A DNA stretch of 32,000 nt from NCBI RefSeq assembly GCF_000015025.1, contig NC_008578.1:2100001-2132000 (forward strand), read 5' to 3'. This document shows positions 1-9,067 of the stretch, one piece after another. How positions within the stretch are numbered: the first letter of the stretch is position 1; the number at the start of each line of letters is the position of its first letter. Below the pieces are notes generated by a model. That model had not been told where the DNA came from and did no database searches. It was given only the letters and a program-made list of their open reading frames with translations. The position numbers and the translations under genes are program-made. The stretch comes from Acidothermus cellulolyticus 11B (lineage in GTDB: Bacteria; Actinomycetota; Actinomycetes; Acidothermales; Acidothermaceae).

Positions 1-25
1 GCGGCTCCGGCGTCGCGACGGGGCG

Positions 26-892
26 GTGATCACTGTGCCGAGGACGCTGGTGCTGGCAACCCGCCGGGTGCCGGCGAGCATGCGCGACATCCTTGCGCTC
101 GAGGAACTCAGCGGTCGGACCTGGCCGGCCCGCCACGAGACCTGGCTCGGCCGCTGGTGGTTGCGGGCAGCCGGCGGTTTCAGCGCACGGGCGGACGCGT
201 CGCGCCTGCTCGGCGACCCGGACCGGCCGGTGGCGGAAGCGTTCGACGCCGTACGGGCCTGGTACCGGGATCACGGAGTGGAGCCGCAACTGCGGCTCGT
301 GGCGGGGAGCCGGTTCGAGGCGGCTGCGGCCGCTGCGGGTTTTCGGCCGGCGACGACGATCCTCGTCCTCGCCGCGCCGATCGCGAGGGTCCGGAGCCGG
401 ATCGCGGAACGTTCCGCCCGCTTCGGCGGCTGGGCGGAGCCGGACGCGGGCGGGCGCGTCGGCGTGGTTCGCACAGCCGTCGTGCGGCTCGAGTCTCGAC
501 CGTGGCCCGGCTGGCTCGCGATGTTCAGGGGCGGCACGGCGTCGCATGCTGCTGACCTGCTCGCCACCCCTCGTCAGGTGGTATTCGCCGCGGTCGAGCA
601 CGCCGGCGACGTGCTGGCGATTGGACGCGGCGCACGGGACGAGGACTGGGTGGAGCTCAGTGCCGTTGAGGTTCGGCCCACCGCTCGACGTCAAGGTCTC
701 GCACACCGGATCATCGATGCGATCCTCGGATGGGCCGGCGGTCTCGGCGCATTGCGGGTCTTTCTCGAAGTTGCCGAAGCCAACGGCCCGGCCCGCTCGC
801 TGTACGCCCAACTCGGGTTCACCGAACATCACCGGTACCGGTGGTGGAGACCGGCCGAGGGCGCGGACCAGCCGAAGATCGACGCCGGGTGA
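26..892 (+). CDS. GNAT-family N-acetyltransferase
   Basis: 288-aa ORF with high GC3. The C-terminal half shows a GNAT acetyl-CoA-binding pattern (VEVRPTARRQGLAHRIIDAILGWA ... ARSLYAQLGFTEHHRY). The GTG start at 26 is unverified. Confidence 0.65.
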   Translation: MITVPRTLVLATRRVPASMRDILALEELSGRTWPARHETWLGRWWLRAAGGFSARADASRLLGDPDRPVAEAFDAVRAWYRDHGVEPQLRLVAGSRFEAAAAAAGFRPATTILVLAAPIARVRSRIAERSARFGGWAEPDAGGRVGVVRTAVVRLESRPWPGWLAMFRGGTASHAADLLATPRQVVFAAVEHAGDVLAIGRGARDEDWVELSAVEVRPTARRQGLAHRIIDAILGWAGGLGALRVFLEVAEANGPARSLYAQLGFTEHHRYRWWRPAEGADQPKIDAG

Positions 893-972
893 GCCCCCGA
901 CCGCCCGGCGGGAAGCCGAGGCCGCCGGCGACGGGAGATCGAACAGCCGAGATACCGCTGCGGCCGAGCGCC

Positions 973-978
973 TAGGAT
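973..978 (+). promoter_or_regulatory. -10-like hexamer TAGGAT, 6 nt upstream of the ispH GTG (candidate leaderless promoter)
   Basis: TAGGAT fits the actinobacterial TANNNT -10 consensus. The G of GTG at 985 is the 7th nt after the hexamer, which is the expected +1 position. No clear -35 element. Confidence 0.4.
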
Positions 979-984
979 GGGGGC

Positions 985-2007
985 GTGACCGAAGCTCCCC
1001 CGCTGCCCAAGCGCCGTGTCCTGCTCGCCCAGCCCCGCGGCTACTGCGCGGGTGTCGAGCGGGCGGTGGACACCGTGGAGAAGGCCCTCGAGTTGTACGG
1101 CCCGCCGGTGTACGTGCGCAAGCAGATCGTGCACAACAAGCACGTGGTCGCCGAGCTGGAAGCAAAGGGTGCGATTTTCGTTGAGGAAGCGGACGAAGTG
1201 CCCGAGGGGTCCATCGTCGTCCTCTCCGCGCACGGCGTAGCGCCCAGCGTGTACGAGCAGGCACGGCAGCGCCGGCTCAAGACGATCGATGCGACCTGCC
1301 CGCTCGTCACCAAGGTGCACCAGGAGGCGCGCCGCTTTGCCGAGCAGGGGTTGGAAATTCTGCTGATCGGGCACGCCAATCACGAGGAAGTCGTTGGGAC
1401 GACGGGCGAGGCGCCGTCGAGCATCACCCTCGTCGACGGTCCGGAGGAAGCCGAGCACGTCCAGGTGAAGGATCCGTCCCGAGTCGCCTGGTTGTCTCAA
1501 ACGACACTCTCGGTGGACGAAACTCTCCAGACGGTTGAGGTGCTGCGCCGGCGCTTTCCGCAACTCATCGACCCGCCAAGCGATGACATCTGCTACGCCA
1601 CGCAGAACCGACAGGCCGCGGTGAAGCGAATCGCGGCAATCGCGGATCTCGTCATCGTCGTGGGGTCGCGGAATTCGTCGAATTCCGCGCGCTTGGTCGA
1701 AGTGGCTCTGGACAGTGGGGCAAAAGCCAGTTACCTCGTCGACGACGCCAGTGAGATTGACGAACGCTGGCTGGACGGCGTCTGGACCGTCGGCGTCACG
1801 AGCGGGGCGTCGGTACCCGAATCACTCGTGACCGGCGTTCTGGCGTGGCTTGCCGAGCGAGGCTTCGACACCGTGGAAGAAATTGACGCCGAGCGGGAAA
1901 CGTTGGTCTTCGCTCTGCCGCCTGAGCTGCGCCGCGAATTGAAGGCACGCGGCGAGCCGCTCACCCGGAGTGCAACCGCCGGCGACCGGATGAACGCTGA
2001 CCGCTAA
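985..2007 (+). CDS. ispH: 4-hydroxy-3-methylbut-2-enyl diphosphate reductase (MEP pathway)
   Basis: 340 aa. The N-terminus [45 protein letters not shown] and the later [10 protein letters not shown] and ICYATQNRQ motifs are the three conserved Cys regions of IspH/LytB. Confidence 0.95.
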   Translation: MTEAPPLPKRRVLLAQPRGYCAGVERAVDTVEKALELYGPPVYVRKQIVHNKHVVAELEAKGAIFVEEADEVPEGSIVVLSAHGVAPSVYEQARQRRLKTIDATCPLVTKVHQEARRFAEQGLEILLIGHANHEEVVGTTGEAPSSITLVDGPEEAEHVQVKDPSRVAWLSQTTLSVDETLQTVEVLRRRFPQLIDPPSDDICYATQNRQAAVKRIAAIADLVIVVGSRNSSNSARLVEVALDSGAKASYLVDDASEIDERWLDGVWTVGVTSGASVPESLVTGVLAWLAERGFDTVEEIDAERETLVFALPPELRRELKARGEPLTRSATAGDRMNADR

Positions 2008-2173
2008 GTAATTACGCGGCGATCCCGGCGTCCGCAGGCAACCCGGAGGCTTGTGTGACCCCGGTGTATCCGGGCGACCCCGGGCCCGCTAACAACCCCG
2101 AGGCCGGCGCGATCCCGGCGCCCGCCCGATACGGGCGTCGGCACGCTTCCGGCCCGCTTCAGGCCCCGGGGCC

Positions 2174-2707
2174 CTATCGTCTGGACCGTCGTGACCGACC
2201 CGCGCGGCGCCACACCGCGACGACGCCTGCTGCTGCGGTGCCCGCCCAGATCGCGGGTGCGCCTGTGACAAACGCGTCTGCCAGATACACGACCTCGCGG
2301 CTGGCAAGGCCGCCGGCGAATCGGCCGGCATCGATGAAACTGATCAAGAGCAGCGCGACGCAGTAGACGATCGGCGGAGCAATCACGGTGGTGGCGAGAT
2401 CGCGACGTCGGACCAGCGCTGCGCAGACCGCTGCGACAACGGTGAAGACGAGCCCGAAGAGACCGGTACGGTGCCCGGCGAGACCGATTCCGACCAGGCC
2501 GGCAAGCACCGTTGCGCCGGTGAGAAGCAGCACGGCACCCCGACCAGTGAGCCGGCCCCGGACCGGATGCGCCCGATACTCGTGCACCCGGGCAGCAGCC
2601 GTCGCGGCAGGCACCCTCCCGCCGGAGCCGCGATCGACGTCCGCGAATGCCTGCGCCGACCGGCCGTCCGGTCGCGGTTGCTGCGCGGCGTACCAGCTCT
2701 GCCCCAC
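2174..2707 (-). CDS. polytopic membrane protein of unknown function (resembles actinobacterial DUF6542-type proteins)
   Basis: 177-aa ORF with a GTG start. It has a basic/disordered N-terminus, 3-4 hydrophobic helices (AVLLLTGATVLAGLVGIGLAG, LFGLVFTVVAAVCAALV, IAPPIVYCVALLLISFI, GAPAIWAGTAAAGVVAVW) and an Arg-rich tail. The family assignment is from memory only. Confidence 0.55.
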   Translation of the reverse strand: MGQSWYAAQQPRPDGRSAQAFADVDRGSGGRVPAATAAARVHEYRAHPVRGRLTGRGAVLLLTGATVLAGLVGIGLAGHRTGLFGLVFTVVAAVCAALVRRRDLATTVIAPPIVYCVALLLISFIDAGRFAGGLASREVVYLADAFVTGAPAIWAGTAAAGVVAVWRRAGRSRRSRR

Positions 2708-2807
2708 ACCGCGATGCTACGGGTGAACTCGTGCGCCGGCGACGCCGCGACACCGAGGGTCGGCACCCGAGCGCGGGGACGCAGCGCGTCCCGCTCGGTG
2801 AGCCGGG

Positions 2808-4124
2808 CTAACCGGTGTCGCGCTCCGGCAGCGAGACGAGCGTCTCGTCAGCCGATGCGACGAGTTCGGCGGCTTGAACCCGTCGAGGCGTCACCTCGAC
2901 CTGGCGCGGCGACTCCAGGTCGTCAGCGGTCACCTTCAGATCAGCGAGGCGCCGGGCCGTCACGAGAACCCGGCTCTCCAGGGACGCCACGGCATCGTTG
3001 TAACTGCGGACCGCCGAGCCGAGCCGTTCGCCCAGCTTGTTTACGTGGCCGCCCAGCGTCGCGAGGCGCGAGTAAAGGCTGCGGGCCAGGTCGAGCACCT
3101 GCTGGGCATTGGCCGCTAACGCCTCCTGCCGCCACGTGTACGCCACGGTACGCAGCATGAGCACGAGAGTGGTCGGCGTTGCGACGATGACATTGCGCTC
3201 CATCGCGTATTGCAGCAGATCCGGATCGGTCTCCAGTGCGGCTGACAAAAAAGCCTCAGCGGGAACGAACAGCACGACGAATTCTGGCGTATTCGGGACG
3301 GCGGCCCAATACGCCTTTGAGGCCAGATGGTCGATGTGCTGCCGCAGATGCCGCGCGTGCCGGCGAACGTGTTCATCACGCGTCGCAGGGTCCGATGCAG
3401 CCATTGCGTCGAGGAAGCCGACAAGCGGCACCTTGGCATCGACGACGACGTGCTTGCCGCCCGGCAGCCGGACAATCATGTCCGGCCGAAGCCGGGCGTC
3501 CTCGGCGTCCGTGGTCGCCTGTTCGACGAAGTCGCAGTGCTCGAGCATGCCGGCGAACTCGACCACCCGCCGCAGCTGGTACTCACCCCATGCGCCCCGG
3601 GCTTGCGGCGCGCGCAATGCCTGGACCAGTTGCTGGGTCTCCAGCCGCAGCTGCTCGGAGGTCTTTCCCATCGACTCGACCTGCTGCCGTAACGCGCCGT
3701 ACGCGTCGGCCCGCTCCTTCTCGACCTGCTCAATCTGCTGCTCGACCTTCGCGAGCGACTCACGCAGTGGGGCGAGCAGAGCCTCGATCGCCTGCTGACG
3801 CTTCGCGAGGTCGCCCTCGGCGGCAGTGGTGATCTGCTTCAACGTCTCCGTGGCCAGGTCGACGAATGCCCGGCTGTTGCGGTGCAGCGCCTCAGAGGAG
3901 AGGGCAGCGAACATCTCCCGTAGTTGCTCCTGGGTGAGTCTCGCGGACTCAATCTGCTGCGCCGCAGCCCGCCGCTCCGCCTCGACCTGGCGTTCGGCCG
4001 CCGCGCGTGTTGCGTCGAGTTCCGCGGTGGCAGCGGCAAGACGGGCCCCGATCCGAGCATGGGCGATCAAATATCCCAGCAGGACGCCGACAAGGAGCCC
4101 AATGAGGAGTGTTGCGAGGACCAT
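2808..4124 (-). CDS. rmuC: DNA recombination protein RmuC
   Basis: N-terminal TM helix (MVLATLLIGLLVGVLLGYLIA), a long coiled coil, and an RmuC nuclease-like core (QARGAWGEYQLRRVVEFAGMLEHCDFVEQ ... RPDMIVRLPGGKHVVVDAKVPL). The track ORF runs to 4325 and overlaps the ychF start. ATG at 4124 sits directly before the TM helix. An in-frame TTG at 4154 with GGAG 7 nt upstream is an alternative start. Confidence 0.85.
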   Translation of the reverse strand: MVLATLLIGLLVGVLLGYLIAHARIGARLAAATAELDATRAAAERQVEAERRAAAQQIESARLTQEQLREMFAALSSEALHRNSRAFVDLATETLKQITTAAEGDLAKRQQAIEALLAPLRESLAKVEQQIEQVEKERADAYGALRQQVESMGKTSEQLRLETQQLVQALRAPQARGAWGEYQLRRVVEFAGMLEHCDFVEQATTDAEDARLRPDMIVRLPGGKHVVVDAKVPLVGFLDAMAASDPATRDEHVRRHARHLRQHIDHLASKAYWAAVPNTPEFVVLFVPAEAFLSAALETDPDLLQYAMERNVIVATPTTLVLMLRTVAYTWRQEALAANAQQVLDLARSLYSRLATLGGHVNKLGERLGSAVRSYNDAVASLESRVLVTARRLADLKVTADDLESPRQVEVTPRRVQAAELVASADETLVSLPERDTG

Positions 4125-4316
4125 GACGGGTATGGTGGCAGACCCGACCGACAAAACAGCGCTCCGCGCCGAAGCAAGGCGGTCTGCTCTCGACTGGCAG
4201 CCGCGACGAACCACACGCTGAGCCGGCGGGTGCCCGGGGCCGGCTGGGGCCCGCCTGCCGCTCTCCGCGGGCGGCGCGAACGCACACGCTGTGCCGCCGG
4301 GTGCGTCCGCGACCGT

Positions 4317-4322
4317 TAGGCT
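4317..4322 (+). promoter_or_regulatory. -10-like hexamer TAGGCT, 8 nt upstream of the ychF GTG
   Basis: TANNNT match. The spacing is slightly long for a strictly leaderless start and no SD is visible. Confidence 0.25.
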
Positions 4323-4330
4323 CACCTGTT

Positions 4331-5422
4331 GTGGCTCTGTCGATCGGAATTGTCGGTCTGCCGAACGTCGGGAAATCGACCCTGTTCAACGCGCTGACGA
4401 AGAACGACGTCCTGGCGGCGAACTACCCGTTCGCGACGATCGATCCAAACGTCGGCGTGGTCGGCGTCCCCGATCCTCGGCTCGACGTCCTCGCTCGAAT
4501 GTTCGGTTCCGCGCGGATCGTCCCGGCAACGGTGACGTTCGTCGACATCGCGGGTCTGGTGCGCGGGGCATCGCAAGGGCAAGGACTCGGCAACAAGTTT
4601 CTCGCCCACATCCGGGAAACCGACGCGATTTGCCAAGTCGTCCGGGTCTTCACCGATTCCGATGTCGCGCACGTCGCGGGCCGTGTCGACCCCGCCGACG
4701 ACATTGAGGTCGTCAACACCGAGCTGGTGCTCGCCGACCTGCAGACCCTGGAGAAAGTTTTGCCCCGCCTGGAGAAAGAGGTGCGACTGGGCGGCACGGG
4801 ACCCGCGGCGAAAGCGCGGGCAGAGGCCCTGGACGCGGCCCGGGCGGCGTACGAGGTCCTGAATTCCGGCAAGACGGTCTTCTCCGCGGGGATTGACACG
4901 ACCGCGCTGCGCGACGTGCACCTGTTGACCGCAAAACCGTTTCTGTACGTTTTCAACGTCGACGAAACCGAAATCACCAACGACCGCCTGAAAGCACGGT
5001 TACAGGAATTGGTCGCCCCCGCGCCCGCAATTTTTCTCGATGCGAAATTGGAAGCCGAACTTGCCGATCTCAGCGAAGAAGACGCCCGCGAACTGCTCGC
5101 GTCGATCGGCCAGCGGGAATCCGGCTTGGCCATCCTTGCGCGGACCGGTTTCGACGTCCTCGGCTTGCAGACCTTCTTGACCGCAGGGCCAAAGGAAACC
5201 CGGGCATGGACGATCCGCAAGGGGGCGACCGCCCCCGAAGCCGCGGGAGTCATCCACTCGGATTTTCAGCGCGGCTTCATCAAGGCGGAGGTGGTCAGTT
5301 ACGACGACCTGGTCGCCGCCGGTTCACTCGCGCAGGCACGGGCGCAAGGAAAGGTGCGGATCGAGGGCCGGGATTACGTCATGCAGGACGGCGACGTCGT
5401 CGAATTTCGATTCAACGTGTGA
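4331..5422 (+). CDS. ychF: redox-regulated ATPase YchF (Obg-family GTPase)
   Basis: VALSIGIVGLPNVGKSTLFNALT (P-loop at the extreme N-terminus, as in YchF), then NYPFATIDPNVG and a C-terminal TGS-like RAWTIRKGATAPEAAGVIHSDFQRGFIKAEV. The in-frame GTG at 4331 gives the canonical N-terminus. The track start at 4301 adds 10 non-conserved residues. Confidence 0.95.
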   Translation: MALSIGIVGLPNVGKSTLFNALTKNDVLAANYPFATIDPNVGVVGVPDPRLDVLARMFGSARIVPATVTFVDIAGLVRGASQGQGLGNKFLAHIRETDAICQVVRVFTDSDVAHVAGRVDPADDIEVVNTELVLADLQTLEKVLPRLEKEVRLGGTGPAAKARAEALDAARAAYEVLNSGKTVFSAGIDTTALRDVHLLTAKPFLYVFNVDETEITNDRLKARLQELVAPAPAIFLDAKLEAELADLSEEDARELLASIGQRESGLAILARTGFDVLGLQTFLTAGPKETRAWTIRKGATAPEAAGVIHSDFQRGFIKAEVVSYDDLVAAGSLAQARAQGKVRIEGRDYVMQDGDVVEFRFNV

Positions 5423-5557
5423 CACCGCGATGATGCGCCGCCCGCCGCACGCCGTCACCGCCCGCCGTATCGCCGCAGTCGTGACGCCCCGGCAGAAGCC
5501 GTCGACTGACGCACGTAGGCTCCTGCGCCGGCCCTGCCGCACCCTGGGACCGGATCG

Positions 5558-5857
5558 CTATCGCGCACCCATTGCCTGAACGAGGTCATTGATTCGCCGG
5601 GCCAGGTTGAGGTCCAGCTCGGTGACGCCTCCCTTGGAGTGTGTCGCACAGGTAAAGGTGATGGAGGTCCAGCGGATGTCAATGTCGGGATGATGGTCGA
5701 GGGACTCCGCGACCTCCGCAACCGCATCCACCAGGCGAATTCCGGCGGGAAAGCTCTCCGCCTTGACGGTGCGGCTGATTGCCTTCCCGTTACCATGCCA
5801 CCCCTCGAGTCCGGCGAGGGCCTCGGCCACTTGCGCATCGCTGAGAAGTTCTGCCAT
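5558..5857 (-). CDS. 4a-hydroxytetrahydrobiopterin (pterin-4-alpha-carbinolamine) dehydratase
   Basis: 99 aa. Has the family motif DHHPDIDIRWTSITFTCATHSKGGVTELD and the typical N-terminal LSDAQV...L..L.GW. Confidence 0.85.
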   Translation of the reverse strand: MAELLSDAQVAEALAGLEGWHGNGKAISRTVKAESFPAGIRLVDAVAEVAESLDHHPDIDIRWTSITFTCATHSKGGVTELDLNLARRINDLVQAMGAR

Positions 5858-5874
5858 ACCTTCACCGTGACCTC

Positions 5875-5989
5875 CGCCGCGCGCCGCGTCAACTCCGATG
5901 CGTGGCTGGCCGCGTGCGGCGGCGCGTCACGTCCGACGCTCGCCGCGCGCCGCGTCAACTCCGATGCGTGGCCGGGCGCGTGCGGTGGC
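5875..5989. repeat. tandem direct repeat, two 49-nt copies (5875-5923 and 5941-5989), 66-nt period
   Basis: The first 31 nt are identical (cgccgcgcgccgcgtcaactccgatgcgtgg). There are 3 mismatches in the remaining 18 nt. Lies in the divergent spacer between the dehydratase gene and the NUDIX gene. Confidence 0.9.
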
Positions 5990-6026
5990 ACCCGCGCTCG
6001 CAACGACAGCTGGGAGACTGCAGAGC

Positions 6027-6425
6027 GTGACCAGCATCATCGTCGGTGCCGCCATCATCCAGGAAGGCCGGCTCCTCGCGGCGTGCCGTGCCGATCCGCC
6101 GGAACTCGCCGGGTGGTGGGAGCTGCCCGGCGGCAAGGTCGAGGACGGCGAGGAGGAGGCTGACGCGATCCGCCGCGAGTGCCGCGAAGAACTCGACGTT
6201 GACGTCGCGCCGTTGCACCGGCTCGGTGAATGGCCCATCGACGCCGACCGGCGGCTGCGGGTCTGGACGGCCCGGTTACGTGACGGAGCTCCGCGGGCGG
6301 TAACGCATCGGGAGGTGCGATGGCTTGCCGCCGAGGAGCTGTACAGCGTTGCCTGGCTGCCGGCTGACCTGCCGGTCATCGGCGTACTCGACGCTCAGCT
6401 GCGCAACGGCCGGCGCGGACCTTAG
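6027..6425 (+). CDS. NUDIX hydrolase, MutT-like (8-oxo-dGTP diphosphatase family)
   Basis: Nudix box GGKVEDGEEEADAIRRECREELDV preceded by IIVGAAIIQEGRLLA. GTG at 6027 has GGGAGA 9 nt upstream. In-frame ATGs at 5898 and 5964 lie inside the tandem repeat and lack an SD. Confidence 0.8.
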   Translation: MTSIIVGAAIIQEGRLLAACRADPPELAGWWELPGGKVEDGEEEADAIRRECREELDVDVAPLHRLGEWPIDADRRLRVWTARLRDGAPRAVTHREVRWLAAEELYSVAWLPADLPVIGVLDAQLRNGRRGP

Positions 6426-7204
6426 CCTGCGTCGCGGGCAGCGGGACGCCGCGGTTGCTCCGGGCTGCGGACCTTCCGGAACAACCGGGTCACCGGGTCG
6501 TAATGGGTGTCGACGACCCGCTCCTTCATCGGAATGATCGCATTATCGGTGATTTTGATGCCCTCGGGACAGACTTCCGTGCAGCATTTCGTGATGTTGC
6601 AGAAGCCGATCCCGTGCTCCTCCCGCAACTGCTGCTTGCGGTCGAGGGTGTCCAGCGGGTGCATGTCCAACTCCGCATACCGGATGAAAAACCGCGGCCC
6701 GGCAAAGCGCGGCTTGTTCTCCTCGTGGTCGCGGATAACATGGCAGACGTCCTGGCAGAGGAAGCATTCGATGCACTTGCGGAATTCCTGCGACCGCTCG
6801 ACGTCCACCTGCTGCATGCGGTACTCACCCGGCGCGAGATCAGCCGGCGGCGTGAACGGCGGAACGCTCTTCGCTTTCTCGTAATTGAACGACACGTCGG
6901 TGACGAGGTCCCGGATCACCGGGAAGGTGCGCATCGGCGTCACCGTGATGGTCTCCTGCGGATCGAAGAGCGAGAGGCGGGTCATGCACATCAGGCGCGG
7001 CTTGCCGTTGATCTCCGCACTGCACGACCCGCACTTCCCGGCCTTGCAATTCCACCGCACCGCAAGGTCGCCTGCCTGCGTCGCCTGCAGCCGGTGGATG
7101 GCGTCGAGCACGACTTCGCCCTCTTCGACCGGGACGGTGAAGTCAACGAGCCTTCCGCCGTTCTCATCCCCTCGCCACACCCGAAGCTTGAGGTCGTAGC
7201 CCAT
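6422..7204 (-). CDS. sdhB: succinate dehydrogenase/fumarate reductase iron-sulfur subunit
   Basis: 260 aa. 2Fe-2S region WNCKAGKCGSCSAEINGKPRLMC plus two ferredoxin-type Cys clusters (CIECFLCQDVC and CNITKCCTEVCP). The start overlaps the sdhA stop (TGATG). Confidence 0.9.
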   Translation of the reverse strand: MGYDLKLRVWRGDENGGRLVDFTVPVEEGEVVLDAIHRLQATQAGDLAVRWNCKAGKCGSCSAEINGKPRLMCMTRLSLFDPQETITVTPMRTFPVIRDLVTDVSFNYEKAKSVPPFTPPADLAPGEYRMQQVDVERSQEFRKCIECFLCQDVCHVIRDHEENKPRFAGPRFFIRYAELDMHPLDTLDRKQQLREEHGIGFCNITKCCTEVCPEGIKITDNAIIPMKERVVDTHYDPVTRLFRKVRSPEQPRRPAARDAG

Positions 7205-9000
7205 CAGTGGTTCTCCTCGAAGAGTTTCTTCAGCTCATCCGGCATTTCCGGCAGCGGCTGCTGATACACCTCGACGTGGTCGCCCGCCCATCGGCAGCAG
7301 ACGTTCCGCTTCCCCCACTCCGGGTCGCTGGCCGGATAATCGTCCCTCGTGTGACCGCCGCGGCTCTCCTTGCGTTCCAGAGCCGCACGCGCGATCGATT
7401 CCGAGACCATCAGCATGTTCCGCAAATCCAGCGCGAGATGCCATCCGGGGTTGTACTGCCGATTCCCCTCGACAGACACCCGGGCGAGCCGCTCCCGGTA
7501 TTCCGCAATCTTCTCCAGGGCCTGCTTCATCTCATCGGCGACCCGGATGATGCCGACCAAGCTGTGCATCGTTTCCTGCAGCTCCCGCTGCAAGGTGTAG
7601 GGATTCTCGCCCCCGTCGCGCATGAACGGCGCCAGCGCCTCCTGCTCAGCGTCCCGGATATCCGCCTCATCGATCCGCGGGCGGCTCGCTTGACCGCGGG
7701 CGTACTCGGCGGCGTACTCGCCGGCCCGTTTGCCGAAGACCAGGAGGTCAGAGAGCGAGTTGCCGCCGAGGCGGTTCGCGCCGTGCATTCCGCCCGCCAC
7801 CTCGCCGGCTGCGAACAGCCCCGGCACTTTCGACATCGCCGAATCGGCATCGACCTCGACGCCGCCCATGACGTAATGGCAGGTCGGTGCGATCTCCATC
7901 GGTTCCTTCGTGATGTCGACGTCGGCAAGTTCCTTGAATTGGTGGTACATCGACGGCAGCCGCTTCTTGATGAATTCCGGGCTGCGCCGGGAGGCGATGT
8001 CCAGATACACGCCGCCGTGCGGTGACCCTCGTCCTGCCTTCACCTCCGCATTGATGGCCCGGGCCACCTCGTCCCGAGGCAGCAGTTCCGGCGGGCGGCG
8101 GTTGTTGATGTGATCGTCGTACCACCGATCCGCCTCTTCCTCGGTGTCCGCCGTCTCGGCCTTGAAATAGTCGGAGATGTAATCAAACATGAAGCGGCGG
8201 CCGGCCGCGTTGCGGAGCACGCCCCCGTCGCCGCGCACGCTCTCCGTCACGAGAATTCCACGCACCGACGGCGGCCAGAGCATTCCGGTCGGATGAAATT
8301 GCACGAATTCCATGTTGATGAGCGGAGCGCCGGCTGCCATCGCCATCGCGTGACCGTCGCCGGTGTACTCCCACGAATTCGACGTGACCTTGAACGACTT
8401 GCCGATGCCGCCGGTGGCGAGGACCACGGCGGGCGCCTCGAAGACGATGAATCGGCCGGATTCGCGCCAATACCCGAACGCGCCGGCGATGCGGTCGCCG
8501 TCCAGCAACAGCCGCGTGATCGTGCACTCCATGAAGACGTCGATGCCGAGCGCAACCACCCGCTGCTGAAGGGTGCGGATCATCTCCAGCCCGGTGCGGT
8601 CGCCGACGTGCGCCAACCGCGCGTACCGGTGGCCGCCGAAATCCCGCTGGGAAATCTTGCCGTCCGGTGTCCGGTCGAAGAGCGCGCCCCAGCTCTCCAG
8701 TTCCCAGACGCGCTCCGGGGCCTCCTGCGCGTGCAGTTGGGCCATCCGCCAGTTGTTGAGCATCTTGCCGCCGCGCATGGTGTCGCGGAAATGCACCTGC
8801 CAGTTGTCTTCCGGCCACACGTTGCCCATCGCGGCGGCAATACCGCCCTCGGCCATCACGGTGTGCGCCTTGCCGAGGAGCGACTTGCAGACCACCGCCG
8901 TCCGCGCACCTTTGTCGTGCGCGCCGATCGCGGCACGCAGCCCCGCTCCCCCGGCGCCGACGATGACCACGTCGTACTGATGCCGCTCGATCTCCGTCAT
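7204..9000 (-). CDS. sdhA: succinate dehydrogenase/fumarate reductase flavoprotein subunit
   Basis: 598 aa. FAD-binding N-terminus YDVVIVGAGGAGLRAA, the covalent-FAD His region AHTVMAEGGI, the active-site HPTG and RLGGNSL motifs. GGTGAGG lies upstream of the ATG. Confidence 0.95.
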   Translation of the reverse strand: MTEIERHQYDVVIVGAGGAGLRAAIGAHDKGARTAVVCKSLLGKAHTVMAEGGIAAAMGNVWPEDNWQVHFRDTMRGGKMLNNWRMAQLHAQEAPERVWELESWGALFDRTPDGKISQRDFGGHRYARLAHVGDRTGLEMIRTLQQRVVALGIDVFMECTITRLLLDGDRIAGAFGYWRESGRFIVFEAPAVVLATGGIGKSFKVTSNSWEYTGDGHAMAMAAGAPLINMEFVQFHPTGMLWPPSVRGILVTESVRGDGGVLRNAAGRRFMFDYISDYFKAETADTEEEADRWYDDHINNRRPPELLPRDEVARAINAEVKAGRGSPHGGVYLDIASRRSPEFIKKRLPSMYHQFKELADVDITKEPMEIAPTCHYVMGGVEVDADSAMSKVPGLFAAGEVAGGMHGANRLGGNSLSDLLVFGKRAGEYAAEYARGQASRPRIDEADIRDAEQEALAPFMRDGGENPYTLQRELQETMHSLVGIIRVADEMKQALEKIAEYRERLARVSVEGNRQYNPGWHLALDLRNMLMVSESIARAALERKESRGGHTRDDYPASDPEWGKRNVCCRWAGDHVEVYQQPLPEMPDELKKLFEENH

Positions 9001-9067
9001 CGCCTCACCCGCTTGCCGTCCTTGCGTCGAATTCCCATATCGTGGTCGCTACCGGTGCTCCGCCGGC

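Noticed and set aside
6422-6425. The convergent NUDIX and sdhB genes overlap by 4 nt, with their stop codons sharing bases (TTAG: TAG on plus, TAA on minus).
   Set aside because: The overlap is real but is a common packing feature. It only implies that no terminator lies between the two genes.
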